The position numbers were made by a program, and so were the translations under genes. DNA of 64,000 nucleotides. Origin: an uncultured Planctomycetia bacterium (lineage in GTDB: Bacteria > Omnitrophota > Gorgyraeia > Duberdicusellales > 4484-171). This document shows, piece after piece, positions 1-9,319 of this stretch. Location of the stretch: the NCBI GenBank assembly GCA_964489445.1, contig CAZAYU010000004.1:189-64188 (forward strand), written 5' to 3'. Each line of letters begins with the position of its first letter. Position 1 is the first letter of the stretch. The notes below the pieces were generated by a model. The model was given only the letters and a program-made list of their open reading frames with translations, was not told the origin of the DNA and ran no database searches.

Positions 1-641
1 ACTTTTAACTTAACCCAATCATCTAAAAATTGTTTTATTCCGGCATCGGTTAACGGATGGTTCATTAGTTTTTCAATTACCGAAAATGGCACTGTAGCCA
101 CATCAGAACCAATGCGCGCTGATTCTAAAAAATGAATCGGGTTGCGAATTGATGCAGCAATTATTTGTGTAGAAATTCCGTAATTATCATAGATAAGGCG
201 AATATCACTTACTAAATTCATCCCTTCAGAAGATATATCGTCTAATCTTCCGATAAACGGAGAAACATATGTTGCCCCGGCTTTAGCTACTAACAAAGCT
301 TGAGACGGTGAAAAACAAAGAGTAAGATTAGTTTTTATTTCAATATCAGAAAGTACTCTGGTTGCTTTTAATCCTTCGACAGTGCAAGGGATTTTTATAA
401 CAATGTTTGAAGCAATTTTTATTAGCTCTTTTGCTTCATCAACCATCTTTTCACTGTCTAAAGCAGTTACTTCAGCGCTTACTGGCTGTTTAACAATCTC
501 ACATATCTTTTTAAGCTGAGTTTTAGGTTCACCGGCTTCTCTAGACAAAAGTGTAGGATTAGTAGTAACCCCGTCTAACACTCCGTAAGAGTGAGCTTTT
601 TTAATTTCTTCTAAATTAGCGGTATCGATGAATAACTTCAT
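1..641 (-). CDS. tal: Transaldolase / fructose-6-phosphate aldolase family (3' end runs off window)
   Basis: Not in ORF track. Manual translation from ATG at 641 (SD GGAGGAG) gives [31 protein letters not shown]...[15 protein letters not shown], the TalC/FSA signature; no stop before base 1. Confidence 0.93.
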   Translation of the reverse strand, partial: MKLFIDTANLEEIKKAHSYGVLDGVTTNPTLLSREAGEPKTQLKKICEIVKQPVSAEVTALDSEKMVDEAKELIKIASNIVIKIPCTVEGLKATRVLSDIEIKTNLTLCFSPSQALLVAKAGATYVSPFIGRLDDISSEGMNLVSDIRLIYDNYGISTQIIAASIRNPIHFLESARIGSDVATVPFSVIEKLMNHPLTDAGIKQFLDDWVKLK

Positions 642-654
642 ATCTCCTCCTTCT

Positions 655-1554
655 TTATAGCTTTTCTTTAGCTAGCAAGGCAGCACCGATTATTCCTGGA
701 TTTTTAAGCTTGGCTCTTACTAATTTCAAACCATCCAGCTGAGTCCACATCGCTTGCTGCTTAATTGTCTGCCACACATATGGCTTAAATAATTTAAAGG
801 CGCCAGATACCCCGCCGCCAAAAATAATGACTTCCGGGTTAAATATATTTATCATGCCGGATAAGAATTTTCCCAAACTTTGGGAAAACTCTTTCCAAAC
901 AGTCAACGCTTCTTTTTCGCCACTTAATCCTCTCTGGAATATCTCTTTTACATCTTTAACTTTAGTTTTATTCTTTTTTAATTTACGATACCGCTTTAAA
1001 AGATACGAATTGCCAACATAAGTTTCAATGCAACCTTTTCCGCCGCAGCCACACTGCATTCCGCTTAAGCTTACAGGAACATGTCCTAACTCTCCTGAGC
1101 TTGTTTTTCCTTTTAAAATCTTATTGTCTAAGATTACTGCTCCCCCTAATCCAGTGCCCAGAGTTAAAAATATCCCTCTTGTCTTTCCCTTTCCTGCTCC
1201 GCAGCGACTTTCGGCTAAAGCAAATACATTTGCATCATTATCGATAAATACCGGCAATTTGAGCTTTTTTTGCAGAATATCCTTTAACGGATAATTTTCC
1301 CAGCCAGGAATATTCGGAAGATAATAAATAAATCCTTCTTCAACGTTTAACATTCCCGGAACCCCGATACCTATTCCCTGAATATTAAACTGCTTGAATT
1401 TATTAACCAGCGACTCTATTTCCTTTATAAAACTATCCTTATCTTTTAATTTATCCGAAGCATAGTTTATTTTCTTTATTATTTTACCATCAGAATTAAC
1501 TATACCGGCCTTGATATACGTTCCTCCCCAGTCAATACCTAAGAATACATTCAT
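655..1554 (-). CDS. glk: ROK-family sugar kinase (glucokinase)
   Basis: GIDWGGT ATP-binding motif, DNDAN, GTGLGG, ELGH and [10 protein letters not shown] Zn motif. Confidence 0.88.
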   Translation of the reverse strand: MNVFLGIDWGGTYIKAGIVNSDGKIIKKINYASDKLKDKDSFIKEIESLVNKFKQFNIQGIGIGVPGMLNVEEGFIYYLPNIPGWENYPLKDILQKKLKLPVFIDNDANVFALAESRCGAGKGKTRGIFLTLGTGLGGAVILDNKILKGKTSSGELGHVPVSLSGMQCGCGGKGCIETYVGNSYLLKRYRKLKKNKTKVKDVKEIFQRGLSGEKEALTVWKEFSQSLGKFLSGMINIFNPEVIIFGGGVSGAFKLFKPYVWQTIKQQAMWTQLDGLKLVRAKLKNPGIIGAALLAKEKL

Positions 1555-1623
1555 GCTTGTATATTCATCCTTTTAGACTGCTTATTTAAAATAATATTTT
1601 AACCTTTTTAAAGACGAAAAATG

Positions 1624-1652
1624 ATTATACTATAAATTATACGCTATGTCTA
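1624..1652 (-). promoter_or_regulatory. sigma70-type promoter for glk-tal
   Basis: Minus strand TAGACA-17 nt-TATAAT. Confidence 0.6.
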
Positions 1653-1724
1653 TTTTAGCTAATAATCCTCTCATTTCAATCAAAAAAGCAATAAATATCA
1701 TCTCTTTCTTGTGTGGATAATGCC

Positions 1725-2999
1725 TTATCCTTTAGGAAAAACTATGGTAAGCGTATCTTGGTTAAGAATAGTTTTAGCTTTTTTTGTATTAGCGTCAGCG
1801 GGCAAAGGAATAATATTGGAATAAAATTCATGGCTTTCTGTTGTATACAAATAGTTTTTGCTGCTTTCTTCTTTACTTACAGAGCGCACAGCGGAGATTA
1901 TAACCATTTCCTCTTTAATCTCAATGTTTACAGTATCCTTATCCAAATTGCTAATATCAACTTCTAAAACATATTCAGTGTCCTTATCCTGAATACCTAA
2001 GGCAGAATTATAAAAAGATTCCGAATCATTAGATTCCGTGTAACTTTCATGATCATAGTTAAAAATATTTTGGAAAAATTGATTTATTTCTTTTTCAGCT
2101 CTTTCTGCCTCAGCAGTTGAACCAGAATTATTTTCTTTAGACAATAAAGCTAAATGTGAATTATTCAAAGACTGAGAAGAGCTTTGCTTACTATTTATAT
2201 TTGATTCCTGATTTAAATAATTATCTAAACTTTCTCTTATATTCTCTACCGGAATCGCAAAGCCAATGCTTTGTGAATCTTGAACCACAGCAACATTAAT
2301 ACCGATAAGCTCACCATCAAGATTAAAAAGTGCTCCACCGCTATTGCCAGGATTAATGGGAGCATCGGTTTGAATAAGCTCCTTGCAAATAACATTACTT
2401 CCCGGAAGATATAGCTCTCTTTGTTTACCGCTGACTACTCCTACTGTAACTGAATTTTCTAACCCCAACGGATTTCCAATAGCAATTGCTGTTTCCCCAA
2501 TCATAATGTCTTGGGGCTTACCCAATTTAATTTCTTGAAGCGGATGAGGAGGGCTAATCTTAATAATCGCTAAATCCTGCTTTAAGTCTTCATAAACTAC
2601 CTCACCCTCGACAGAAACTCCATTACTTAAGATTACAAACACATCGCTGGCCATGTTTACAACATGGGCATTAGTAATAATGATTCCCCGGCTTTCTAAA
2701 ATTACTCCGGAGCCTACGCTTTTTAGCTTTAAAGCGTGTAAATAGCTATACCCACCAAAAAACTGCTCAAACAATAAATCAAACTCATCGCCATATCCTC
2801 CCCAATAGGGATTTTCCTGCAAAAGCACAATATGTTCGGTACTAATATTTACAACTGTCTCTGCGTTTTCCCGAACTACTTCGACAACCGGAGTCTGGCG
2901 CTGGCTCGCAAAAACATTAGAAATAAAACACGAACATCCAATTATAAACAGAAATAAAATAATAGAAATTCGACTAGGGTGTTTGATATTTAGCAGCAT
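1725..2999 (-). CDS. Exported HtrA/DegP-like trypsin serine protease with C-terminal Hsp20/alpha-crystallin domain (no PDZ)
   Basis: Signal peptide, catalytic motifs ITNAHVV, DLAII, INPGNSGG; last ~95 aa match the Hsp20 pattern. Start moved to ATG 2999 because the track ORF extension overlaps tRNA-Pro. Confidence 0.85.
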   Translation of the reverse strand: MLLNIKHPSRISIILFLFIIGCSCFISNVFASQRQTPVVEVVRENAETVVNISTEHIVLLQENPYWGGYGDEFDLLFEQFFGGYSYLHALKLKSVGSGVILESRGIIITNAHVVNMASDVFVILSNGVSVEGEVVYEDLKQDLAIIKISPPHPLQEIKLGKPQDIMIGETAIAIGNPLGLENSVTVGVVSGKQRELYLPGSNVICKELIQTDAPINPGNSGGALFNLDGELIGINVAVVQDSQSIGFAIPVENIRESLDNYLNQESNINSKQSSSQSLNNSHLALLSKENNSGSTAEAERAEKEINQFFQNIFNYDHESYTESNDSESFYNSALGIQDKDTEYVLEVDISNLDKDTVNIEIKEEMVIISAVRSVSKEESSKNYLYTTESHEFYSNIIPLPADANTKKAKTILNQDTLTIVFPKG

Positions 3000-3009
3000 A
3001 TTTATAAAA

Positions 3010-3084
3010 TCGGGAAGGGCGGACTCGAACCGCCGACCTCTTCGTCCCGAACGAAGCGCGCTAGCCAAGCTGCGCTACTCCCCG
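3010..3084 (-). tRNA. tRNA-Pro(CGG), CCA not encoded
   Basis: Cloverleaf CGGGGAG.../CTTCCCG-A, anticodon arm CTTCG-TT CGG GA-CGAAG, T arm GGCGG TTCGAGT CCGCC. Confidence 0.96.
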
Positions 3085-3136
3085 ATTAGATACAAGTTAC
3101 AAGGATAAAGGTAAAAGTAAAAAATAAAACCGCGCA

Positions 3137-3712
3137 TTATAACTTGCTCTTTTTAAGAAGATAATCAAATTCGACATTTAAAAAATTTCCCGGACGTTTT
3201 AATTTCAAAGTAGTATGCTCGTAAGTAAACGGAATAATATGAGTTTGAAACATTTTAGGAAAAACTTTTTTTACAGTAAGCGAAATGCCTTCTAAGGCAA
3301 CTGAACCATTGTCGGCAATATATTTTCTAAACGCCGACGGTAAATCTACACTTAACTGCCAATAGCTTCTTTTCTTAATTGCTGTTTTTAATTTTAGCTC
3401 TGCATCAACGTGTCCTAAAACAAAATGTCCACCTAGTTTATCACCTAAGTTTAACGCTGGCTCTAAATTTATTCGATCACCTTTTTTAAGGCGACTAGTA
3501 TTTGTGCTTTTAAGTGTTGAGGCTACTGCTTCAAAGAAAAGCAAATCCTTCTCCTTGTATATTAAGGTAAGGCAAACTCCATTTACCGATATGCTATCTG
3601 ACTTTTCTGATGTTTGAGCAATCAATGGCGCTTTTACCCCTAATTTTATTAAGGAATTAGCTCTGAGTATTTTCTCAACTGTTCCTATTTCTTTTACAAT
3701 TCCGGTAAACAT
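3137..3712 (-). CDS. ribE: Riboflavin synthase alpha chain
   Basis: MFTGI N-terminus, SISVNGVCLT, GGHFVLGHVD. Confidence 0.95.
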   Translation of the reverse strand: MFTGIVKEIGTVEKILRANSLIKLGVKAPLIAQTSEKSDSISVNGVCLTLIYKEKDLLFFEAVASTLKSTNTSRLKKGDRINLEPALNLGDKLGGHFVLGHVDAELKLKTAIKKRSYWQLSVDLPSAFRKYIADNGSVALEGISLTVKKVFPKMFQTHIIPFTYEHTTLKLKRPGNFLNVEFDYLLKKSKL

Positions 3713-3785
3713 AGCTTATTTTAACCCTAGTTATAAATATGAATTTTCTCAGATTATACCACCAAATAATCTCTTATGCCACAGC

Positions 3786-3822
3786 AAAAACAAAACCCCG
3801 CACTTAGAGGAAGTGCGGGGTT
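3786..3822 (-). terminator. Rho-independent terminator of the histone-like microprotein gene
   Basis: Perfect 12-bp stem AACCCCGCACTT/AAGTGCGGGGTT (3794-3822), 5-nt loop, followed on minus strand by a T-rich tail. Confidence 0.85.
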
Positions 3823-3882
3823 AAATACTTACGATGTTATTTCTTTGACAATTAACTAAGATATTTCATCTTCGTTAATCTC

Positions 3883-3999
3883 TTATTTCTTTTTTTTCTT
3901 CGCTGCTACTTTTTTCTTCGGTGCTGCTCTTTTCTTCGCTACCACTTTTTTCTTTGGTGCTGCTTTTTTCTTCGCTGCTGCTTTTTTCTTAACTGCCAT
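3883..3999 (-). CDS. 38-aa Lys/Ala-rich histone H1-like basic protein
   Basis: Below ORF-track cutoff. ATG 3999 with SD AAGGAGGTG; MAVKKKAAAKKKAAPKKKVVAKKRAAPKKKVAAKKKKK-stop; flanked by promoter and terminator. Confidence 0.85.
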   Translation of the reverse strand: MAVKKKAAAKKKAAPKKKVVAKKRAAPKKKVAAKKKKK

Positions 4000-4051
4000 C
4001 TAACACCTCCTTTATTTTATTCCCAACCTTATATAAATAACCTCTAACTAT

Positions 4052-4079
4052 AATTTAACAAAATTATGCTAGATGTCAA
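4052..4079 (-). promoter_or_regulatory. sigma70-type promoter of the histone-like gene
   Basis: TTGACA-16 nt-TAAATT with extended TGn. Confidence 0.55.
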
Positions 4080-4141
4080 CAATTTTTCTGTTTTTTTTAT
4101 AAAAAAATTAAAAATATTTAGGAATGATATTTTTGAAATTT

Positions 4142-4507
4142 TTATTTCGGAGAAAATTTTATTTTTTTAGATTCTTTCCACAGATATTCCAAGTTATAAA
4201 ATTCTCTTGCCTCCTCAATAAAAATATGAAGAATCACATCGAAAAAATCAATAAGAATCCAATGAGACTCTTTGTCTTTTTCCAAGAAACTAATTCTGAT
4301 TTTTTCTTTTCGACTTAACCTTTGAACATTATCACAGATTGCTCTTACCTGCGCCGCTGACTCTCCGGAACAGATAATAAAATAATCACACAAACTGCTA
4401 ATTTCTGATACATCTAAAACAGTTATGTCTTTTGCCTGTTTATCTGAGGCAAACTGTGCTATTCTTAGCGCTATTTTACTATTAGATATTTCTTTTTTAG
4501 TATCCAT
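4142..4507 (-). CDS. rsfS: Ribosome silencing factor RsfS (Iojap)
   Basis: DKQAKDI, DYFIICSG, WILID, HIF...REFYNLEYLW motifs. Confidence 0.95.
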   Translation of the reverse strand: MDTKKEISNSKIALRIAQFASDKQAKDITVLDVSEISSLCDYFIICSGESAAQVRAICDNVQRLSRKEKIRISFLEKDKESHWILIDFFDVILHIFIEEAREFYNLEYLWKESKKIKFSPK

Positions 4508-5765
4508 TGTTAACTATTTTCCTTATTTTTTCCTCAATCCCTTCATCGATATCACCCACGCAAGAAATACACATATTAGAAAATTTAAATATCGACTGCG
4601 CTATTTTTTTTAAATGTTGGGCATTGATAAGTTTAATCTTTTTCTTTATATCACTTAATAAATCTATCCTTCCTAAATTAATATAGCTTTGTGCGGCATA
4701 GAACATTCTTCCCCCCGGACGCTCCAAGCCCATAGTAACCTGACCCAAAAAATAATCTTTAGCTCGGGAAAGCTCTTTGTTCGAGACTTCTTTTTCTTTT
4801 ATTCTAGACAACTCATCCATTATCGTACGCAAGGCTATCAGTATTTTTCCTTTATCCAGCCCCACATGAATTACAAACGCTCCGCTGTCTTTATACTTTC
4901 GTAGCTCTGTAGAAACATCATAGCATAATGATTTTTTTTCTCTTAAGCTTTCAAACAACCGGCTACTCATGTTAGCACCTAAAATAATATTTATTAATTG
5001 AGCAGCTGTCTTATCTTTGCTTAGATAAGAAATACTTCTAAACCCAACACAAAGATGAGATTGATGAAGACTTTTTTTCTCGCATTTTATCTGTATTCCT
5101 TTTAACTCTACAGGTGCAACTGTTCTAAGCTTTACTCTGTTATTATTCGGAACAGTTTTTAATTTTAAAAAATCGCTAACTTCTTTTTTGCACGCTGCTC
5201 CGCTAAACGCAATCACTGTGTTAGAAGGAATATAGTATTTATTCTTAAAACTATTTAAATCATTTCTATTTATTTTATTTACAGTCGAATTATACCCGAT
5301 AATTTCTTCACCTAAAGGATGATTTTCCCAAAGCAACCTGTCTAAAAGCATAATAGCTCGAGGTGCCGGAAGATCATTATACATTTTTATTTCTTCTAAA
5401 ATTACCGTTCGTTCTTTGTTTATATCCGCAGTCTTTAAAAGCGGATTATACACCATATCTAAAAGAATATCTAATGTATACCTTAAATTTTTACTTAAAA
5501 AATTAGCATAATAAGCGGTTATCTCCTGAGAAGTAAACGCATTTAAATCTCCTCCCCGGCCTTCAACCTCCCGTTTTATCTGACGATGTGAATATTTTTT
5601 ACTACCCTTAAACAACATATGTTCTAAGAAATGGGCAATTCCCTTTACCGGCTTCTTTTCAAACCTAGACCCGATTCGCAAAAACACCCCCAAAGAAGCG
5701 CTTTCCATCCCTTGAAAAGGAGAAAAAATAAATGTTACTTTGTTTATAGTGTTTATTTCGTACAT
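4497..5765 (-). CDS. M16 family zinc peptidase (pitrilysin-like)
   Basis: Inverted zincin GIAHFLEHMLFKG, LNAFTS, SSRLF..LRE. Confidence 0.92.
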   Translation of the reverse strand: MYEINTINKVTFIFSPFQGMESASLGVFLRIGSRFEKKPVKGIAHFLEHMLFKGSKKYSHRQIKREVEGRGGDLNAFTSQEITAYYANFLSKNLRYTLDILLDMVYNPLLKTADINKERTVILEEIKMYNDLPAPRAIMLLDRLLWENHPLGEEIIGYNSTVNKINRNDLNSFKNKYYIPSNTVIAFSGAACKKEVSDFLKLKTVPNNNRVKLRTVAPVELKGIQIKCEKKSLHQSHLCVGFRSISYLSKDKTAAQLINIILGANMSSRLFESLREKKSLCYDVSTELRKYKDSGAFVIHVGLDKGKILIALRTIMDELSRIKEKEVSNKELSRAKDYFLGQVTMGLERPGGRMFYAAQSYINLGRIDLLSDIKKKIKLINAQHLKKIAQSIFKFSNMCISCVGDIDEGIEEKIRKIVNNGY

Positions 5766-5779
5766 AACTGTCCACCTCT

Positions 5780-5857
5780 AAAGGTTAAAGGATAAAGGAT
5801 AAAGGATAAACAAAGATCATAGTTATTAGCTGATAGCTCGTAAATGATAGTAGATGA
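5780..5857. repeat. Short tandem heptamer repeats
   Basis: AAAGGTT-(AAAGGAT)x3, then TAGTTAT TAGCTGA TAGCTCG TAAATGA TAGTAGA, both with 7-nt period. Confidence 0.6.
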
Positions 5858-5868
5858 TTACTTTTCTT

Positions 5869-6654
5869 TTATGCGCCACGTAAATATTTAACGTGGTTCT
5901 TCAACTTATTTAAAAAATCCTTTTGCTTGTAATTTTCGTCAATAAACTTTACGATTTCACTTCCGACAATCGCTCCATCACTAAACTTACTTATTTTAAT
6001 TACTTGCTCTCGGCTATGAATCCCAAACCCCACACATACCGGCAAAGTAGTCATTTTTTTAATATTATTTAGATGCTGTCTTACAGACACCAAATCCAAA
6101 TCATTAGCGCCAGTAATTCCGGTAACTGAAATATAGTAGATAAACCCTTTAGAATATTTAGCAATCTTATTTGCACGCTCAGAAGAAGTTACTGGAGTAA
6201 TAAAAAAAATTGTATCCATATTGTACTTGCCAGCCTCTTCTAAATAAATTTTGCCCTCTTCTACAGGCAAATCAACTATAGTAATTGCTGAAAAACCGAT
6301 TGTCTTCATTTTTTGAAAAAACTTATTTATTCCGTATTTATAAATCGGGTTATAGTAAGACATGATAACTACCGGTATTTTTATCAATTTTTTAATTTTA
6401 TCAAAGCTTTTAAAAAAAATGTCTTGGTTTACTCCTTTTTTAAGTGCTATAGAAGTTGCTCTTTGAATGATCGGGCCGTCAGCTAACGGATCGGAAAATG
6501 GTATTCCTATCTCAATAATATCCACCCCTGCTTCCTGAAGGGCTAAAAATATTTTACAGCTTAAATCAACATTAGGAAATCCAAACGGAATATAGGCAAT
6601 AAACGCCTTATTATTTTCTTTTGCCAGCTGTTTAAATTTATCTTTTAATCTCAT
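5869..6654 (-). CDS. trpA: Tryptophan synthase alpha chain
   Basis: EIGIPFSDPLADGPIIQ, GITG, VGFGI. Confidence 0.97.
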   Translation of the reverse strand: MRLKDKFKQLAKENNKAFIAYIPFGFPNVDLSCKIFLALQEAGVDIIEIGIPFSDPLADGPIIQRATSIALKKGVNQDIFFKSFDKIKKLIKIPVVIMSYYNPIYKYGINKFFQKMKTIGFSAITIVDLPVEEGKIYLEEAGKYNMDTIFFITPVTSSERANKIAKYSKGFIYYISVTGITGANDLDLVSVRQHLNNIKKMTTLPVCVGFGIHSREQVIKISKFSDGAIVGSEIVKFIDENYKQKDFLNKLKNHVKYLRGA

Positions 6655-6693
6655 GCTGTTGGATATTAATTAAAAATTACAAACTGTAACCTG

Positions 6694-7878
6694 TTATGTT
6701 TTATTTTTTCTTTTATAGCCTCTGACAATATCTAAATCTTTATCCCCTCTTCCGGAAAGACAAACTAACACTGTCGCTTTTGGTTTTTCTTTTGCTATTT
6801 TCTTTAAATAATAAATAGCATGTGATGACTCAAGCGCAGGAATTATTCCTTCTGTTTGAGAAAGCAAATTGAATCCTTCTATTGCCTGATCATCGCCCAC
6901 TGTAACATAAGATGCTCTTTTGGTAGTTTTATAAAAAGAATGCTCTGGGCCTACACCAGGATAGTCTAATCCCGGAGCTACAGAATGAGCACTGCTAATT
7001 TGGCCAAATTTATCTTGTAGGACATAGGAGCAAGACCCTTGAAACACTCCCGGCTGGCCCTTAGTCAGTGAAGCAGAATGAGAACTGTTTAAACCTAACC
7101 CGGCAGCTTCAACGCCGATAAATTTTACTGACTTATCGTTGAAGAAAGGATGAAACAAACCGATTGCATTACTTCCCCCGCCCACACAAGCCAATAGATA
7201 GTCGGGCAGCTTGCCTTCCTTCTTGATTATCTGGGCCCTTGACTCTTTGCCGATTACTATCTGAAAATCTCTGACAATCATCGGATACGGATGCGGTCCG
7301 ACCACTGACCCTAATAAATAATAAGTATCTCGGACATTAGTAACCCAGTCCCGAAAAGCTTCATTGCAAGCATCTTTTAGTGTTTGCGATCCACTTTCCA
7401 CCGGTATCACCCGTGCACCAAGCACCTTCATCCGAAATACATTCATACTTTGCCGTTTAATATCTTCCTTACCCATATAGATATCACACTGAAATCCCAT
7501 AAGCCTGGTTACTGTAGCTACTGCCACCCCATGTTGACCGGCTCCGGTTTCCGCAATGACTCGTTTTTTTCCCATAAATTTAGCCAAAAGAACTTGCCCT
7601 AACGCATTATTAATCTTATGTGCTCCGGTATGAAGCAAGTCTTCCCTTTTTAAGTAAATGTTTATTCCCAATAACTTGCTTAAATTACCCGCTGAATAAA
7701 GAATAGTCGGCCTACCAGCATATTCTTTGAGCAATCTTTTAAATTCATCATTAAATTTCCGACTATTTATTTCTTTTTTGTATGCTCTCTCTAATTGCTC
7801 TAAGCAAGCAGAAATAGTCTCAGGAATGTATCTTCCGCCAAAATTACTAAAATATCCTTGTTTATTAGGTACTTTCAT
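6694..7878 (-). CDS. trpB: Tryptophan synthase beta chain
   Basis: [18 protein letters not shown] site, [17 protein letters not shown]. Confidence 0.98.
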   Translation of the reverse strand: MKVPNKQGYFSNFGGRYIPETISACLEQLERAYKKEINSRKFNDEFKRLLKEYAGRPTILYSAGNLSKLLGINIYLKREDLLHTGAHKINNALGQVLLAKFMGKKRVIAETGAGQHGVAVATVTRLMGFQCDIYMGKEDIKRQSMNVFRMKVLGARVIPVESGSQTLKDACNEAFRDWVTNVRDTYYLLGSVVGPHPYPMIVRDFQIVIGKESRAQIIKKEGKLPDYLLACVGGGSNAIGLFHPFFNDKSVKFIGVEAAGLGLNSSHSASLTKGQPGVFQGSCSYVLQDKFGQISSAHSVAPGLDYPGVGPEHSFYKTTKRASYVTVGDDQAIEGFNLLSQTEGIIPALESSHAIYYLKKIAKEKPKATVLVCLSGRGDKDLDIVRGYKRKNKT

Positions 7879-8489
7879 TTAATTTTTTTTATAAAAGACG
7901 CCAACAGCTTCTCATCTTTTTTTCCGATAAATTTTTCAACACCACTAGCTACATCAACAGCATAAGGATTGATCTTTTTTATGCTTAAAATGTTACCCGG
8001 GTTAAGGCCACCGGAGATAATCACCCTTTTTTTCTGTTTAATAAAAATAGCTATCTCCTTTAAGGCTTGTTTAGATAACATTTTCTTTCCTTGCTGTTTA
8101 TCCTGATACTGGACATCGAATAAAAAAGCATCCACTTTATAATTATCAATACTAAGTTTAGATAACTTATCGTTAGGAAAAAATACTTTAATTACTTTAA
8201 ATCTTGAATTAAAAAAACGACAATACGAGGAAGACTCTTCTCCGTGAAATTGTAAAACATCAAGCTTTAAAAAAGAGGCAATTTCGGTTACTTCTTCTTT
8301 TTTTTGATTCAAAAAAACACCAACTTTAATTAAAAATGGATCCAGCGTATTAATAATCTTCTGCGCTGATTTTTTATTTATAAACCGAGGACTTCGATGA
8401 GAAAAAATAAACCCTAAAGCATCTGCGCCTAAATCTGCCGCTTTTAATGCATCTTCTGTATTAGTAATACCGCAAATTTTAACTTTCAT
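7875..8489 (-). CDS. trpF: Phosphoribosylanthranilate isomerase
   Basis: [27 protein letters not shown]. Confidence 0.95.
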   Translation of the reverse strand: MKVKICGITNTEDALKAADLGADALGFIFSHRSPRFINKKSAQKIINTLDPFLIKVGVFLNQKKEEVTEIASFLKLDVLQFHGEESSSYCRFFNSRFKVIKVFFPNDKLSKLSIDNYKVDAFLFDVQYQDKQQGKKMLSKQALKEIAIFIKQKKRVIISGGLNPGNILSIKKINPYAVDVASGVEKFIGKKDEKLLASFIKKIK

Positions 8490-8515
8490 ATTATATGATT
8501 AAACCATCCCGCGAA

Positions 8516-9295
8516 TTAAACATCTACATGTAACTCTTGTATTCTCTCTGTAGGATTATCCGCCTTCATCAAAGTTTCCCCGACAAGTAAAGCATCGGCT
8601 CCCAGCCCTTTCAACAATAAAACATCTTTAAGGGAGTTAATTCCGCTTTCTGCTACTTTTATTACATCTTCAGGAACAAACGGCAATAGATTTTTAACCC
8701 GTTCTAAGCTGACTTGAAAAGTATGTAAATTACGGCTATTAATTCCAATGATATCCACGCCTATTTTGATGACTTTTTTCAATTCTTTTTCAGTATGTAC
8801 TTCAACTAACACATCCATTCCTAAATCTTTAGCAAAAGCATACAATTTTTTAACTTGCTCTTCATGGAGAATACCCATAATTAATAAAATCGCGTCAGCG
8901 CCAACAGCTCTGGACTCTAAAATCTGAACTTCATCAAATATAAAATCTTTTCTTAGTATTGGCAAATTAATTTTTTTGCGAATATCTTCAATATAACTAA
9001 TTTTCCCCAAAAAAAAGTCTTGTTCAGTTACAACAGAAATAGCATCAACTTTAGCTTTTTTAAAGCTATCAGCCAAATCTAAATGTGAAAAGTTTTTCCT
9101 CAGCACCCCTTTAGAAGGAGACGCTTGTTTTATCTCCGCAATAAACGAAATCTTTCCTTTTCTGTTGATTGCCTCTTTAAAAGATACAACCGGAGGGGCT
9201 TTCTTGACTAAAGAAATGAATCCTTCTCTATTTTTCTTTAAAATATTAACTTTTCTTTTTTTAGTCTCTACAATACTTAATAATATTTCGTGCAT
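8516..9295 (-). CDS. trpC: Indole-3-glycerol phosphate synthase
   Basis: IAEIKQASPSKG, LRKDFI, LVEVH, AESGI. Confidence 0.96.
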   Translation of the reverse strand: MHEILLSIVETKKRKVNILKKNREGFISLVKKAPPVVSFKEAINRKGKISFIAEIKQASPSKGVLRKNFSHLDLADSFKKAKVDAISVVTEQDFFLGKISYIEDIRKKINLPILRKDFIFDEVQILESRAVGADAILLIMGILHEEQVKKLYAFAKDLGMDVLVEVHTEKELKKVIKIGVDIIGINSRNLHTFQVSLERVKNLLPFVPEDVIKVAESGINSLKDVLLLKGLGADALLVGETLMKADNPTERIQELHVDV

Positions 9296-9319
9296 TTTAT
9301 CCTTTTGCTATCTTAATGT

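Noticed and set aside
1712-1720. Perfect DnaA box (TTATCCACA on minus strand)
   Set aside because: Single copy, part of a small GGATAA/TTATCC hairpin; no box cluster or dnaA context, so not oriC.
3000-3068. N-terminal extension MASALRSGRRGRR of the protease ORF, resembling a Tat signal
   Set aside because: It is translation through tRNA-Pro; the signal peptide begins at ATG 2999.
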